Shown piece after piece: positions 30,959 to 41,693 of a stretch of 64,000 bases of DNA. Under the pieces are notes generated by a model. That model was not told the DNA's origin. It did not search any database and saw only the letters and a program-made list of their open reading frames with translations. Each line of letters opens with the position of its first letter. Position 1 is the first letter of the stretch. The translations under genes were made by a program, and so were the position numbers. Source of the DNA: Owenia fusiformis (lineage: Eukaryota); the NCBI GenBank assembly GCA_903813345.2, contig CAIIXF020000001.1:2666001-2730000 (forward strand). The letters run 5' to 3'.

Positions 30959-33900
30959 CTATTGTTTAAACTTTTTGCTGAAGTTCTTTTTAGTAGGTGG
31001 TTTATATATTTCATCTGGTCTCAGTTTGTATTTTGCCATGGCTTCATTTTTTAGTTTCAATCTATCTTTACGGTTTTTATTATTCCCTCCAATTGACGTG
31101 AACTCCACATTTATTTGTCGTCCCAAAAGTTCTGTGTGGTGAAGCATCAAGGCAAACTGAAACAGGTATGGGAAACAATGTAGATGACATCATATAGCAA
31201 AAGCAGACATGGGAAATAATGTAGATGACATCATACAGCAAAAACAGACATGGGAAATAATGTAGATGACATCATACAGCAAAAACAGACATGGGAAATA
31301 ATGTAGATGACATCATATAGCAAAAATGGACATGGGAAATAATGTAGATGACATCATATAGCAAAAACAGACATGGGAAATAATGAAGATGACATCATAT
31401 AGCAAAAACAGACATGGGAAATAATGCAGATGATATCATATAGCAAAATAGAGAGTTTTCATGATTCATTTATTAAAACAACATAATATACATCATTGAC
31501 AGGGCCTAAGCCAAGGCATTATTGACCCTGTATATCTGTATATTTATATGGCAATCATCACTTAGACAACAGAACAAGAGTTTCACAAACACTGATGATG
31601 ATGTAACAAGTGAAGAATTAAATAAAATGATCAAAAAATGAAGAATGAAACCTCCAAATTTTGTGAACGCTTTCATTTACTATAAATTAATTCTGTTCTG
31701 TATATTACTTGTACTAAAAGCAATCTGTAACTGTTGGCCAATATGAGGTTGTACTGATTCATAAGTATTATAAATCATCAAATTTTTCATCCCTTCCTCA
31801 CCTGATCAAATCATTTACTGTACGCCCGGTATTATTTGCGAGCTTTAATTTCGCGAATTTTGCGAAAACACGGTTTCGCGGCTATTAAATTTTGCAAATT
31901 CTCAAGCTAAATTACTAGTAGATGTACAGTAATTGCACTTACCTGATGTCAAAGTTGGATCAGATTTACAATAACTGGGATCTTTATCATCGGCAAGCTG
32001 CATATCAACTTCTATTATCGCATCGTTAATTTCGGTCTTATTTTAAAACGAAAAAGCAGTTTGAATTCGTATTTTGTATTACATGTTGGTGGAAATCATC
32101 CAATTATCGCCCAATAACACTAGACGAAACGTTTTACACAAAACGAAATGCATGTTGTAGTTCTTCTTACAGATGTACAAATGGAGGGATCAGAAGTTGA
32201 CAAAATGCATCAGAGCCCCGGGTAAAAACAAATTCCCGGGGATTTAATTGGCAATTTCGCGACAATAATTTTTCGCGATTTTAACACCATCGCGAAAAGC
32301 GCGAAAGTTAATCGCACGCGAATAATACCGGGCGTACAGTATTTCCACATGTATGTACAAGTATAGACTCTACAAATTAGAAAGTATACCTACCATAAAT
32401 GCCTTGTTGTTTTTGAATTCTATGTAAGCAAAGCCCCTAGGTTTACCAGTTGTCTTTTCAGTAGGAAGTCTTATAGTCTTGACACCCCCTTGAAATAAAA
32501 TAAAAAGGATATTAGGCCTTTTCCATTATAATACTTATAAAGGTTCCAGCCAAGGGAATATATATATGTATCTCATACTTGAGTGGGTTTGGGGTAGATA
32601 TCACCCGGGAATATATATCGTATCTGAGGAGCGGGCAGGATATATTGTATATGTCCCGCTCCAGGCCAAATGCGGGCAGATATAAAATATCCATCCCGCT
32701 CCCGGGAATTTTTCAAAAGTTTAAAAAAGTTTAAATATCAAAAGTTTTAATTTTTTAATTTTAAAATTTAATTTTTTTAAGTTTAAATGTTACAATTTCA
32801 TTGTATTGAACAAAAAGAATATTACGAAAATGTTAAATATAAATATCTTGTCATTATATCTACCCTAAACCCACTCAAGTATGAGATACACCAGTTATGC
32901 ACGGTCGGTTTGGATACATGGAATATCCCTTGGAATATACAATACATCTTCCCTCAGTCTCTTCGGTCCCTCGGGAAGATATATTGTATATCCCTCGGGA
33001 TATTCCCTGTATCCAAAACCTCCCAGTGCATAACCCCTATATATACCTGTATCTGTATGAAACAATTATGTACATTTCTAACAGGTGAAATCTCACCATT
33101 TTCAATCAAATTCATACATTTCATGCTATATTTTCGAGTTTAGTGTGATGCAGTTTTTTTAATATCAGTATTTGGGTTAATTGGGAAAGAGGGGCTAGTC
33201 ACTTCACTCTTAAAGCCCAGTGAGTGCCCTTCTACTCTTTACATTTGTTTGCCTCTGCTTCTTAAAAAAAGAGCTTCATCTATTGAGTTTGTAACTTGAC
33301 TCTACACGCAATATTCCGGTTTTGTCTGTTTACCTGTTCTGATGAAGTGCTCTTCTAGTTGTTGCTTAGTGACATTATATGGTAAGTTTCCAACAAAGAG
33401 AACATAACTTTTCTTTTGTGCTTTCTTTTCAGGCTTCTTAGCAGTTTCTTTGCTATCTTTCTCTGATTTGTCCAACTCTTTCTCATTGTTCTCAGATTCT
33501 TGCTTTGTTTCTAGAAGATTGGATACTTTGTCTTTATTTTTTGATTTTTTGTTTCTTCTTCGTTTCTTGGCGGGTCTTTCAGAATCCTCCTCTGCAACAG
33601 CTTGACTCTCTGAAACAAGAAAAAATATTTAAAATAATGAAATGAAGCACTTTATGAAACTCTCTATACAGGTATAAGAGGTCACATACAATGCCTAACC
33701 AAAAAATATAATAAAAATTTGTTAATCTTGGATTGATTGTGGTTTGGCAACTAAAATGAGTGGCCTCTTGTATTTTGATTTTTGATGCTTCTCTAACATG
33801 CCTCGTATGTAATTGTTATTCTTGAAACTTTAGGGACCTACATGTAGGGACCTGTACATGTCATAGGGACCTACATGTAGATATTGAGTCTCATTCTGTA

Positions 33901-36900
33901 TCTGAACTACTGTTCAGACCATAGGAGACAGGTTACCTGAAAAGGAAGATAGATATCATTATCTCTTATCTCAAGGACTGAAACTGAGGCAAGTCTACCC
34001 TGGCTGAAATCAGCTCTGAAATAACAATTACTGCATGTCAAGCCGTCATTCAATGCTGATTTTGTAGAAAACAGATCTGTCCATCCTTCTACATGTGAGT
34101 TTTTCCCATAAAGATGCTTGATTAAGTAGAAATTCATCAAATTATACCCCTAGAATATCAAAGTTCAACTGTACATCAATCGCGTGAGGAAAAAAAACAA
34201 ATCCATTCTTCACCTTCTGTTCACAAACCCTTCTTCTTCTTCTTGGAAAAGTTGTCCCTCATTTGACTAACAGCAAATGTGTATGTTTATGCAGCAATAT
34301 ATGTTAGTTTAGAAAATGATTAATTACAATCTTACCTGTACTTCACAGAAACATCCTAAGTATGAAAATATTTCACTAAAAATACATGCTTCCATTTTGT
34401 CACATGTTCATAATAATTTAAATATTGATCATGTGATGTTGACAGGGAGTGTAAACGCACCTAGCGTACAGGAAATATGTTATGATATTTATTAAGAAAT
34501 TAGGTATGGTAATCATTATTAATTAAGCATTAAGTATTAAGCCCCCAACCCACTTCACAAAGTTCATGAAATACCAAGGAAAGACCAAATATTAAATAAA
34601 TTAGAAAAATTTGAATTTCCAAAAAAATCAAGTGGGCGATAATAGAGTCTCTGAAACATTAAATTTTTCCTTCATTAACTTATTACATACATTTTTTTTA
34701 GATAATATTAGTTTGTATGTATGTATAATTTATTTGCCTCTTAATATAAAGAGAGTTACATTCATATTTTACATAAAATGATTAATAAGTGACCAGCATC
34801 ACAAAAATTATTAATAATAGTAATGATTTGATAAAAGCAGTTGTCTCTGCTTGTGCATTATATAAACGTACTGTGATATTTCTAATAGCTTCTCATGATC
34901 ACAACTAATGATACCTAATATTGACTTGAGAATAAAATTGTCATCTTGGACGTTAAAGATGCTTGTTACAATGTTAATCATCGGAACCCTCACTCCAGAA
35001 AAAGCTGGACATTTGAGTAAAAAATGTTTAACAGTTTCATTTTCATTAAGCTCACAAAGCACACATGTTTTACACATAGGTGTATCACCCTCGCGACGTC
35101 TACTGTTTAAACCGTAAGTTCCAGTTAGTAATTTTATCATAAGTTTTGTGCAGTACATATAATTGGGATTATTTCTTGCAATAATCCACCAAACATTTGG
35201 TTTCAATTCTACCAAGGAACCTGCCATCATATTGAGATTATTGTACATCAGTGCTGAGAGCACAGTGCTACGAGCATGAACATTTTTGACTCTATTGTAA
35301 ATGGTCTCTCTAAATTTTGATTTACTTGGAAATTTAGCATTGAAAATCATTTCCTTCACATAGTCAGTAAGATTATACTTCAGAACTGTTTCCCACATAT
35401 AAAATGAAGGGGATTTCATGCTTTTACAGGTAACAGATGTGTACATCATTCTTATTAATCGCTCTAAACATATGACTTTATATATACAATTCATAGGCAA
35501 ACATAACAGCATGAACAAAAACATAAGTCGGTCACAATCAATCTTCGCTTGAACTGACATCCAGCCAAGCAGCCTGACTGCCACAGGATCTGGTGTGTTC
35601 TTTGGCAATGACTGGATTCGCTTGCCAATCTCCCTGTGCGCACAATCCATCAGTTTAAAGTCATCCTCTGAGTATGGTATCACTGCACATCCATAAGTCA
35701 TGGTGGGGAAAGCAAAAGACCAGTACAGTTTTGAAGCTAATAATGGGTGAATGCCGCCACACCCGCTTCCTAGGCCCAAAAGTGAGCAGAACTTTCTTCT
35801 TGCTGCGGATATAGCACCTTTTACGTGTTCGGTTGTTTTCCCAAGAGGAATCCCAACGTGATGAGCTGACTGAACAGTTTTTATGACCGCCGTTCCGAGT
35901 TTAAAGTCGCAAATCGTCCTTTTTGCCGGGCCATACGTCATTATCACACACTTATCTGGATGAAATTCAAAACGCCATCGTCTACTGTATTCGTACGCTA
36001 TCTGAAGAAGTTCATTCATATGTCCTGGGTCAGTTGTTATAAGCGCGAGATCATCGGCATATGCAGGACAGCCTAGAGGGTGTCTTCCGATCTTTGCAAC
36101 AAATTGACTGTTTATTAATTCGTTTAAAAGGTCGGCAATGAAGAATTGGTAGAGATGCATACTGCAGATTCCTCCTTGATGGACTCCCCTGTGCACATGA
36201 AAAGATTCAGGATTTAGTACACCATTTACAAGAACTTTACATTTATATTTACAATATGAATTATACAAGAGTCGCCAAGCGAGGCCATTTATACCGATTT
36301 TGTACAGTTTCCAGAACAACCCATCTATCCAGGTACCATCGAAGGCTTTCCTAATGTCCATTAACGCCAAAAATACCCCTTCCTTAACATTATGTGCAAT
36401 AACTTCTTGAAGCAAAAATGATGTGTGAAGAGAAGAACACTTTTCGACAGAGGCACCCTGAAGTTGAGGGATAGCATTTCTGAGCCTTGGAAGCATCCTA
36501 GCGAGTACCATATTATCAAACAATTTTCTCAAAATACTCATTAAAGTAATACCTCTGTGGTGGTCTCTGTTAAGGCAATCTTTGTTACCTGACTTTAAAA
36601 GAGGAATAAGGATTCCTGTACAAAAGTTTTCTGGGATGTACTCACTTATACGAATTACGTTAAAAAGTAGTGTTATGACTATTGTCATATACTGACCACC
36701 ATATTTTATATGTTCTGCATTTAAACCATCATGACCAGCGGCTTTATTATTATTCAGTTTAAGTATACATTCATTAACTTCCTCAGTTGTAAAATCAGTG
36801 TCTAAAATAGCATCCTTATTTAATACAGACTCCATTTTCATTACTTCCATGTCTGAAACAACCTCACTTTCAAAATTACTGTCAAAAATGTCTCTATTGT

Positions 36901-39900
36901 CATATGAAGCCAGATTACAAAAATATGATTGCCACTCGTTACAAACTGCACTTGGATCCATAAGAATCTCCCCATTGTCTGCTCTTACAGCGCTGGATTG
37001 TTTACCTTTACAATGCCGGCTTTTATTTAAAAGATACCAGAAGGTCCGTTGATCTAAGTTCTCTGACTCATAGATCTCGTTCAACGTTTTATGTTCATAC
37101 TCTGTTTTAGATCTGTTGAATGCCACCCGGAAAATCCTCTTTGAGTCCTTATAATTCATTCTTGTTTGGTCCATTACGTCCCTCGGTCTCCCTGCGTTCA
37201 CCCAAGCGTGCCAAGCCCTTTTCTGCAGCTTCTTCAAACGAGTTAGTTCACTGTTCCAGAACGGCTTCTGATGCTTCATGAACTTTTTAACTGGAATAGC
37301 AGAATCAGCTCTTGATTTAATTACTTTGATTAATCTATCAATGTGATTGTCTATAGTTTTACTGTCAATATTGACCGTGGTTGACATTTCGTTAAACAAA
37401 GGCATTAAATCTGTTTGCATTGGGTTTGTAAAATGTTCAGTAATATCATTTTTGGTCACCCTGGTCCACGCATAAGTTTTCATTTCGCTAATAGGCATTG
37501 AATTAGTCATATGTTTTAAAGATGGCAGGTCAAATACACTCCGTATAGCTAGATGACCAAAATCTGCAGTGTGAGCGCTAGTCATTACGTCACAGCTAAT
37601 TACATGTTTCAATAAAAATTCAGATATTACAATATGGTCTATATAAGTTCTGTGCCCAGTGGCAGTTACATATGAATATCGTGGACCTTGTGAAATATTA
37701 TGTATATCAAGGGCTAATAAGCCATTGCGTTGCATCGTTTGAAACAATAATTGACCATTAACACTATGCTTACCAGTAGACCGTCGCGTTTCACATAAAC
37801 TGCCCAAATTGGCATTAAAATCCCCAGCAATAATACAATTTGCATCTTGTTTACATTGGCTTACACAATCTTCGAGAAAAATTAAAACATCCTCAAAAAT
37901 ATCATTTTTGCACCCTATTTGGGGCAAATATACAGAAAATACATAAATTGGTGTATTCGTTTCAACCTTAATACATGCAACCCTGTCAGTACAATATTTT
38001 CTAATCGGTGACACCGGATATTTTAAGGACTTTCGCCACATTAAGGCTATACCCCCATGTCCCCATGTTAGGCCACATTGCATTGAATCAAGTGATTTGC
38101 AGCTATAAGCAAGAGTGTTAAAATCAGAATCAACAGAACTTAATTTGTTAAGGTTACATTCAAACAAACGGTGCTCTGAAACAGCAACTATGTCGCTCGA
38201 CCTAAGCAGATCTCTCAGGTACACCTCCGAAGAATTCAGACCGTTGATGTTCCATTGCGATATAGATACCATTAACTGTATTAAAGTAACAAAGGTAAAC
38301 AGTAATTGCACTAAGAATATAATCTTGAATGTGATAGTTATGAAATGTATCTCGGTCTTAAATCAACATCACTTCTATCATCACTGTCAAAATAACGTCG
38401 TCTCCGACGTTCCCATACCCTACATTTAATAGGAACAGGCCACAAATCAACACAAAGAGCCCTATCTACCTGGTGTTTGGGTATCGTTATCTTGCATCCG
38501 ACTTTGTCACAGGATATCCGGTTATGCACAACATGTATCTGTTTCAACCTGATATTATTATCCAATGCAAAACGTTTCACATTATTGATTGTATCCTCGT
38601 CGTCCTCCTCACTTGATTGATAGATATTTTCTAAATAGAGCACACTCACTTCCTCATACTCAATGCCTCTCAGGCCACTATTTCGGGGTCGTGTGCTTAC
38701 ATTGTCACGCGTTGTAATCGGTCTTGTGGGGACTGTGTTAACATATTCCTTTTGTTTCGCCGCCGCCTTCTTTCGCCGAAGCTGATTATTTCCGAGCCAC
38801 GTCTGCCATTCCTTCCCAGGGGGATCTGGGCCCTTCCATACTCCGCGATCAGTGGGGGGTGGGCCGCGCCATACACCAGTCTCCGTCACACCATAGGTCA
38901 CCTGCTCACTCGTCCCTTTAAGCGTATTCAGGTTAAGATTCGATCTTGGGGGTCTGGGAGGAGTGGGACTCAGGGTTCTCGGCTGCGTAGGGGTTTGGGT
39001 TCTCGGGTACGTCTTCTGGGGACTGCCACGGGATGTGGGACTCTTAATACGTTGCTTGGATGGTTCAACGTTCGGTTTATTACATCCGTTGTTAGCTGCC
39101 GAACGGCATTCGGAGGGCAGCTGTGTATGCGACACATAGGTATTTTTCGATGCATCAGGGTAATCTTTATCAGGAGCCATACGATTTACATCACAAGCTG
39201 GGGTCGCACTGACCTGGTTCGATTCGGAAAGAATGTTATTGTTTACATTATTTGACCCATCGCTGGAATTCGGAACGACTGGGTCATTTTGCGTACTCAA
39301 CGACTTACTGGCATTCAATCCACTAATACAGGATTCGGCGAAATTAGTCATTACCTGTTGAGTTTGTTTAGGGGGTGCATTCGAATTCACTAGGTCGGAA
39401 GGTTTAGAGCTAGTTACAATACGTGTAATAGATGCTAGATTGCCCTGCATAGAGTTCGTATTCTGGGTTAGCTTTTCAAGCTCAGATTGCAACGTTTTAC
39501 ATGTTCCCGTGATCTGGTCAAGTTTCGAAGACAAAGTACAAATGTCCTTTCTCATAGAATCCCTCTCAACTTCTAGCTCCTTTACCTTCTGTGTTAGTAC
39601 TGTTATTGTAACATCCATAGATGCAGCACGTTCATTTCGATGCATGTTATTAGAGGCCTCCCTGGACACGGTTACCTCGGGCAGGAAACTGTTCGTACTC
39701 AAAACACCCTTTGGGAACATATCTACGTTATCTGTCAGGTATAAATATAAGTCGCATATGTCCATAACTGTATTAGTAAGCTTGTTCTTACCCTGGCGTT
39801 TCTTAGGCTGCAGATTTACAGGGACTTCATGTTCCTCGCGCTCTGCTAACGGTCCAAATAAAGAGTCACAATGCTCCGTGACTTTTGATTTTGCCTTTTC

Positions 39901-41351
39901 GAAGAAGTAATCACGTATCATGTCAAAATCCTCCTCGGATCCATCATGCAATAGCTGCTCGACAACGTCGTTCCTCGGTCCTTCAGTTAGTAAATTCAGA
40001 ATCTTCTCATAATATTGTAAATCCTCATCAGATGGCGGAGACATTTTGGAAACGTGTTTCCACCATTACACCGGAAGTATGTTTGATTGATATTGATACC
40101 ATTGATATGGTGTGGAAAGCACACAATGATAGATAATTATCGGGAGTATGCATTGAAAATTACAAAATATGTCACTTTTGCCATGTTTCAGAGGCTCTAT
40201 TATCGCCCACTTGATTTTTTTGGAAATTCAAATTTTTCTAATTTATTTAATATTTGGTCTTTCCTTGGTACTTCATGAACTTTGTGAAGTGGGTTGGGGG
40301 CTTAATACTTAATGCTTAATTAATAATGATTACCATACCTAATTTCTTAATAAATATCATAACATATTTCCTGTACGATAGGTGCGTTTACACTCCCTGT
40401 CAACATCACATGGTCAATATGTAAATTATTATGAACATGTGACAAAATGGAAGCATGTATTTTTAGTGAAATATTTTCATACTTAGGATGTTTCTGTGAA
40501 TTACAGGTAAGATTGTAATTAATCATTTTCTAAACTAACATATATTGCTGCATAAACATACACATTTGCTGTTAGTCAAATGAGGGACAACTTTTCCAAG
40601 AAGAAGGGTTTGTGAACAGAAGGTGAAGAATGGATTTGTTTTTTTTCCTCACGCGATTGATGTACAGTTGAACTTTGATATTCTAGGGGTATAATTTGAT
40701 GAATTTCTAGTTTCTACTTAATCAAGCATCTTTATGGGAAAAACTCACATGTAGAAGGATGGACAGATCTGTTTTCTACAAAATCAGCATTTAATGACGG
40801 CTTGACATGCAGTAATTGTTATTTCAGAGCTGATTTCAGCCAGGGTAGACTTGCCTCAGTTTCAGTCCTTGAGATAAGAGATAATGATATCTATCTTCCT
40901 TTTCAGGTAACCTGTCTCCTATGGTTCAGACGACACGTCCCATGTTATATCTTAAAAAAATCAGAGACGAGATTCGCTACAGTATCTACAAGGGACCACA
41001 GATTCATTGTACGTAAAACTAATTCATCTGAAATAAACAAACATTTTGCGAGTAAAAAGTGTATTTTTCGATATGATATTGCACTGTTTATTGAGCCCAT
41101 GATTGACACAAAGACTCCATGGTACCTGATTTATTATCATTTTGAGCATCAATCTTATCTTCAGATTTAACATCTTGATCCTCTTGGTCTTTAGATTGAA
41201 TCTTTATACATAAATTATTCCCATTCTGCTCCACTGGACTGACTGCAGCAACTGTGTCATCGGGCTCTTCTTTGAACATCCCATCTGCTTTTTTCCTATG
41301 TTTATCCCACCATGCTTTACGTCTATTAGCTCGCTCTTCGGCTTTACTCAT
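30959..41351 (-). CDS. Lysine-rich single-RRM RNA-binding protein, Nop6-like (putatively nucleolar), 264 aa
   Basis: Exons 41351-41126, 33609-33334, 32488-32394, 31156-30959, in phase (795 nt). RNP2 LFVGNL and RNP1 RGFAYIEF. RQINVEFTSIGGNNKNRKDRLKLKN tail resembles Nop6-type proteins (from recall). Confidence 0.85.
31167..31449. repeat. 41-bp minisatellite, 7 copies
   Basis: Unit ATGGGAAATAATGTAGATGACATCATATAGCAAAAACAGAC at 31168, 31209, 31250, 31291, 31332, 31373, 31414. Confidence 0.95.
31818..32339. mobile_element. TA-flanked MITE (Tc1/mariner-type)
   Basis: TA|CTGTACGCCCGGTATTATT...AATAATACCGGGCGTACAG|TA. Subterminal TTTCGCG motifs. Confidence 0.82.
32567..33035. mobile_element. Dispersed repeat with two inverted-repeat modules, copy 2
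   Basis: Same orientation as, and highly similar to, 16389-16897. Confidence 0.85.
34811..38272 (-). CDS. LINE ORF2: AP endonuclease, reverse transcriptase, C-terminal CCHC domain
   Basis: WNINGL, SEH, AGDFNA, YIDHI, DFGHL (APE). RGVHQGGICS and YADD (RT). CVLC..ETVKHFLLKC. Uninterrupted. First ATG at 38272; the ORF track starts at an upstream GTG. Confidence 0.95.
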   Translation of the reverse strand: MVSISQWNINGLNSSEVYLRDLLRSSDIVAVSEHRLFECNLNKLSSVDSDFNTLAYSCKSLDSMQCGLTWGHGGIALMWRKSLKYPVSPIRKYCTDRVACIKVETNTPIYVFSVYLPQIGCKNDIFEDVLIFLEDCVSQCKQDANCIIAGDFNANLGSLCETRRSTGKHSVNGQLLFQTMQRNGLLALDIHNISQGPRYSYVTATGHRTYIDHIVISEFLLKHVISCDVMTSAHTADFGHLAIRSVFDLPSLKHMTNSMPISEMKTYAWTRVTKNDITEHFTNPMQTDLMPLFNEMSTTVNIDSKTIDNHIDRLIKVIKSRADSAIPVKKFMKHQKPFWNSELTRLKKLQKRAWHAWVNAGRPRDVMDQTRMNYKDSKRIFRVAFNRSKTEYEHKTLNEIYESENLDQRTFWYLLNKSRHCKGKQSSAVRADNGEILMDPSAVCNEWQSYFCNLASYDNRDIFDSNFESEVVSDMEVMKMESVLNKDAILDTDFTTEEVNECILKLNNNKAAGHDGLNAEHIKYGGQYMTIVITLLFNVIRISEYIPENFCTGILIPLLKSGNKDCLNRDHHRGITLMSILRKLFDNMVLARMLPRLRNAIPQLQGASVEKCSSLHTSFLLQEVIAHNVKEGVFLALMDIRKAFDGTWIDGLFWKLYKIGINGLAWRLLYNSYCKYKCKVLVNGVLNPESFHVHRGVHQGGICSMHLYQFFIADLLNELINSQFVAKIGRHPLGCPAYADDLALITTDPGHMNELLQIAYEYSRRWRFEFHPDKCVIMTYGPAKRTICDFKLGTAVIKTVQSAHHVGIPLGKTTEHVKGAISAARRKFCSLLGLGSGCGGIHPLLASKLYWSFAFPTMTYGCAVIPYSEDDFKLMDCAHREIGKRIQSLPKNTPDPVAVRLLGWMSVQAKIDCDRLMFLFMLLCLPMNCIYKVICLERLIRMMYTSVTCKSMKSPSFYMWETVLKYNLTDYVKEMIFNAKFPSKSKFRETIYNRVKNVHARSTVLSALMYNNLNMMAGSLVELKPNVWWIIARNNPNYMYCTKLMIKLLTGTYGLNSRRREGDTPMCKTCVLCELNENETVKHFLLKCPAFSGVRVPMINIVTSIFNVQDDNFILKSILGIISCDHEKLLEISQYVYIMHKQRQLLLSNHYYY
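38338..40044 (-). CDS. LINE ORF1: coiled coil, low-complexity linker, C-terminal RRM-like region
   Basis: 568-aa intact ORF directly upstream of ORF2. Heptad region LTQKVKELEVERDSMRKDICTLSSKL. KITIPKHQVDRALCVDLWPVPIKCRVW resembles the WP..I.VR motif of LINE ORF1 proteins. Confidence 0.88.
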   Translation of the reverse strand: MSPPSDEDLQYYEKILNLLTEGPRNDVVEQLLHDGSEEDFDMIRDYFFEKAKSKVTEHCDSLFGPLAEREEHEVPVNLQPKKRQGKNKLTNTVMDICDLYLYLTDNVDMFPKGVLSTNSFLPEVTVSREASNNMHRNERAASMDVTITVLTQKVKELEVERDSMRKDICTLSSKLDQITGTCKTLQSELEKLTQNTNSMQGNLASITRIVTSSKPSDLVNSNAPPKQTQQVMTNFAESCISGLNASKSLSTQNDPVVPNSSDGSNNVNNNILSESNQVSATPACDVNRMAPDKDYPDASKNTYVSHTQLPSECRSAANNGCNKPNVEPSKQRIKSPTSRGSPQKTYPRTQTPTQPRTLSPTPPRPPRSNLNLNTLKGTSEQVTYGVTETGVWRGPPPTDRGVWKGPDPPGKEWQTWLGNNQLRRKKAAAKQKEYVNTVPTRPITTRDNVSTRPRNSGLRGIEYEEVSVLYLENIYQSSEEDDEDTINNVKRFALDNNIRLKQIHVVHNRISCDKVGCKITIPKHQVDRALCVDLWPVPIKCRVWERRRRRYFDSDDRSDVDLRPRYIS

Positions 41352-41693
41352 TACGAGTATCTTTTTCTGACAATATTTTGGGGCTTTTTCTTTATCCTAA
41401 TCAAGCGTCTAGCTTATGAGCAGTGGCTTAAATGATAAAATATTGAAAATATCCTTAACCGGAAATTGTAATGATGGGCGCAGACATCTTTAAAATTGAG
41501 AATTAACCAATAGAAACCGAGTTTACAGTGTTTGATAACGATTGTCAAACAGCTTTTCATTGGTTATTTATGTTATCCATTTTCCACAGATTTCTAGAAA
41601 TAATTTTGTTTATGTTTTCAAGTATATATCCAGATACACGTTGATAAGGATAAAGTTGACTTCTTAGAATAGTTTTCAACATTCATAGCAACT
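41352..41693. promoter_or_regulatory. Bidirectional promoter between the RRM gene and MLF
   Basis: Head-to-head ATGs 342 bp apart. ACCGGAAAT (ETS-like) and two oppositely oriented CCAAT boxes. Confidence 0.65.

Larger units (their letters stand above)
34716..40080 (-). mobile_element. Full-length non-LTR retrotransposon (LINE, APE-type)
   Basis: Short 5' UTR starting ATACTTCCGG, ORF1, ORF2, 3' UTR ending AATAAA plus (ATAC)3. Possible 5-bp TSD GTTTG (34711-34715, 40081-40085). Confidence 0.92.
33919..40924. mobile_element. Foldback-type DNA element with ~741-bp terminal inverted repeats and 6-bp TSD, enclosing a LINE
   Basis: Arms 33919-34659 and 40183-40924 are reverse complements (about 7 substitutions and 2 short indels by eye). 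Termini CCATAGG...CCTATGG. TSD TTCAGA at 33913-33918 and 40925-40930. Confidence 0.9.

Noticed and set aside
32512-33143. ORFs MDILYLP... and MLQF.CIE..., also seen at 16.3-16.9 kb, suggesting a duplicated gene
   Set aside because: Chance frames within two copies of a non-coding repeat. The 16124-16516 ORF is only real where it overlaps VCP exon 5.
33907-34140. Matching ORFs at 33907-34140 (-) and 40802-41170 (+)
   Set aside because: Mirror images produced by the inverted arms. No recognisable domain.
33919-40924. DIRS, Penelope or LTR identity for the repeat-flanked retroelement
   Set aside because: The RT is non-LTR type with an APE domain. No tyrosine recombinase, GIY-YIG or integrase. 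The LINE has its own poly(A) signal and microsatellite tail inside the arms.
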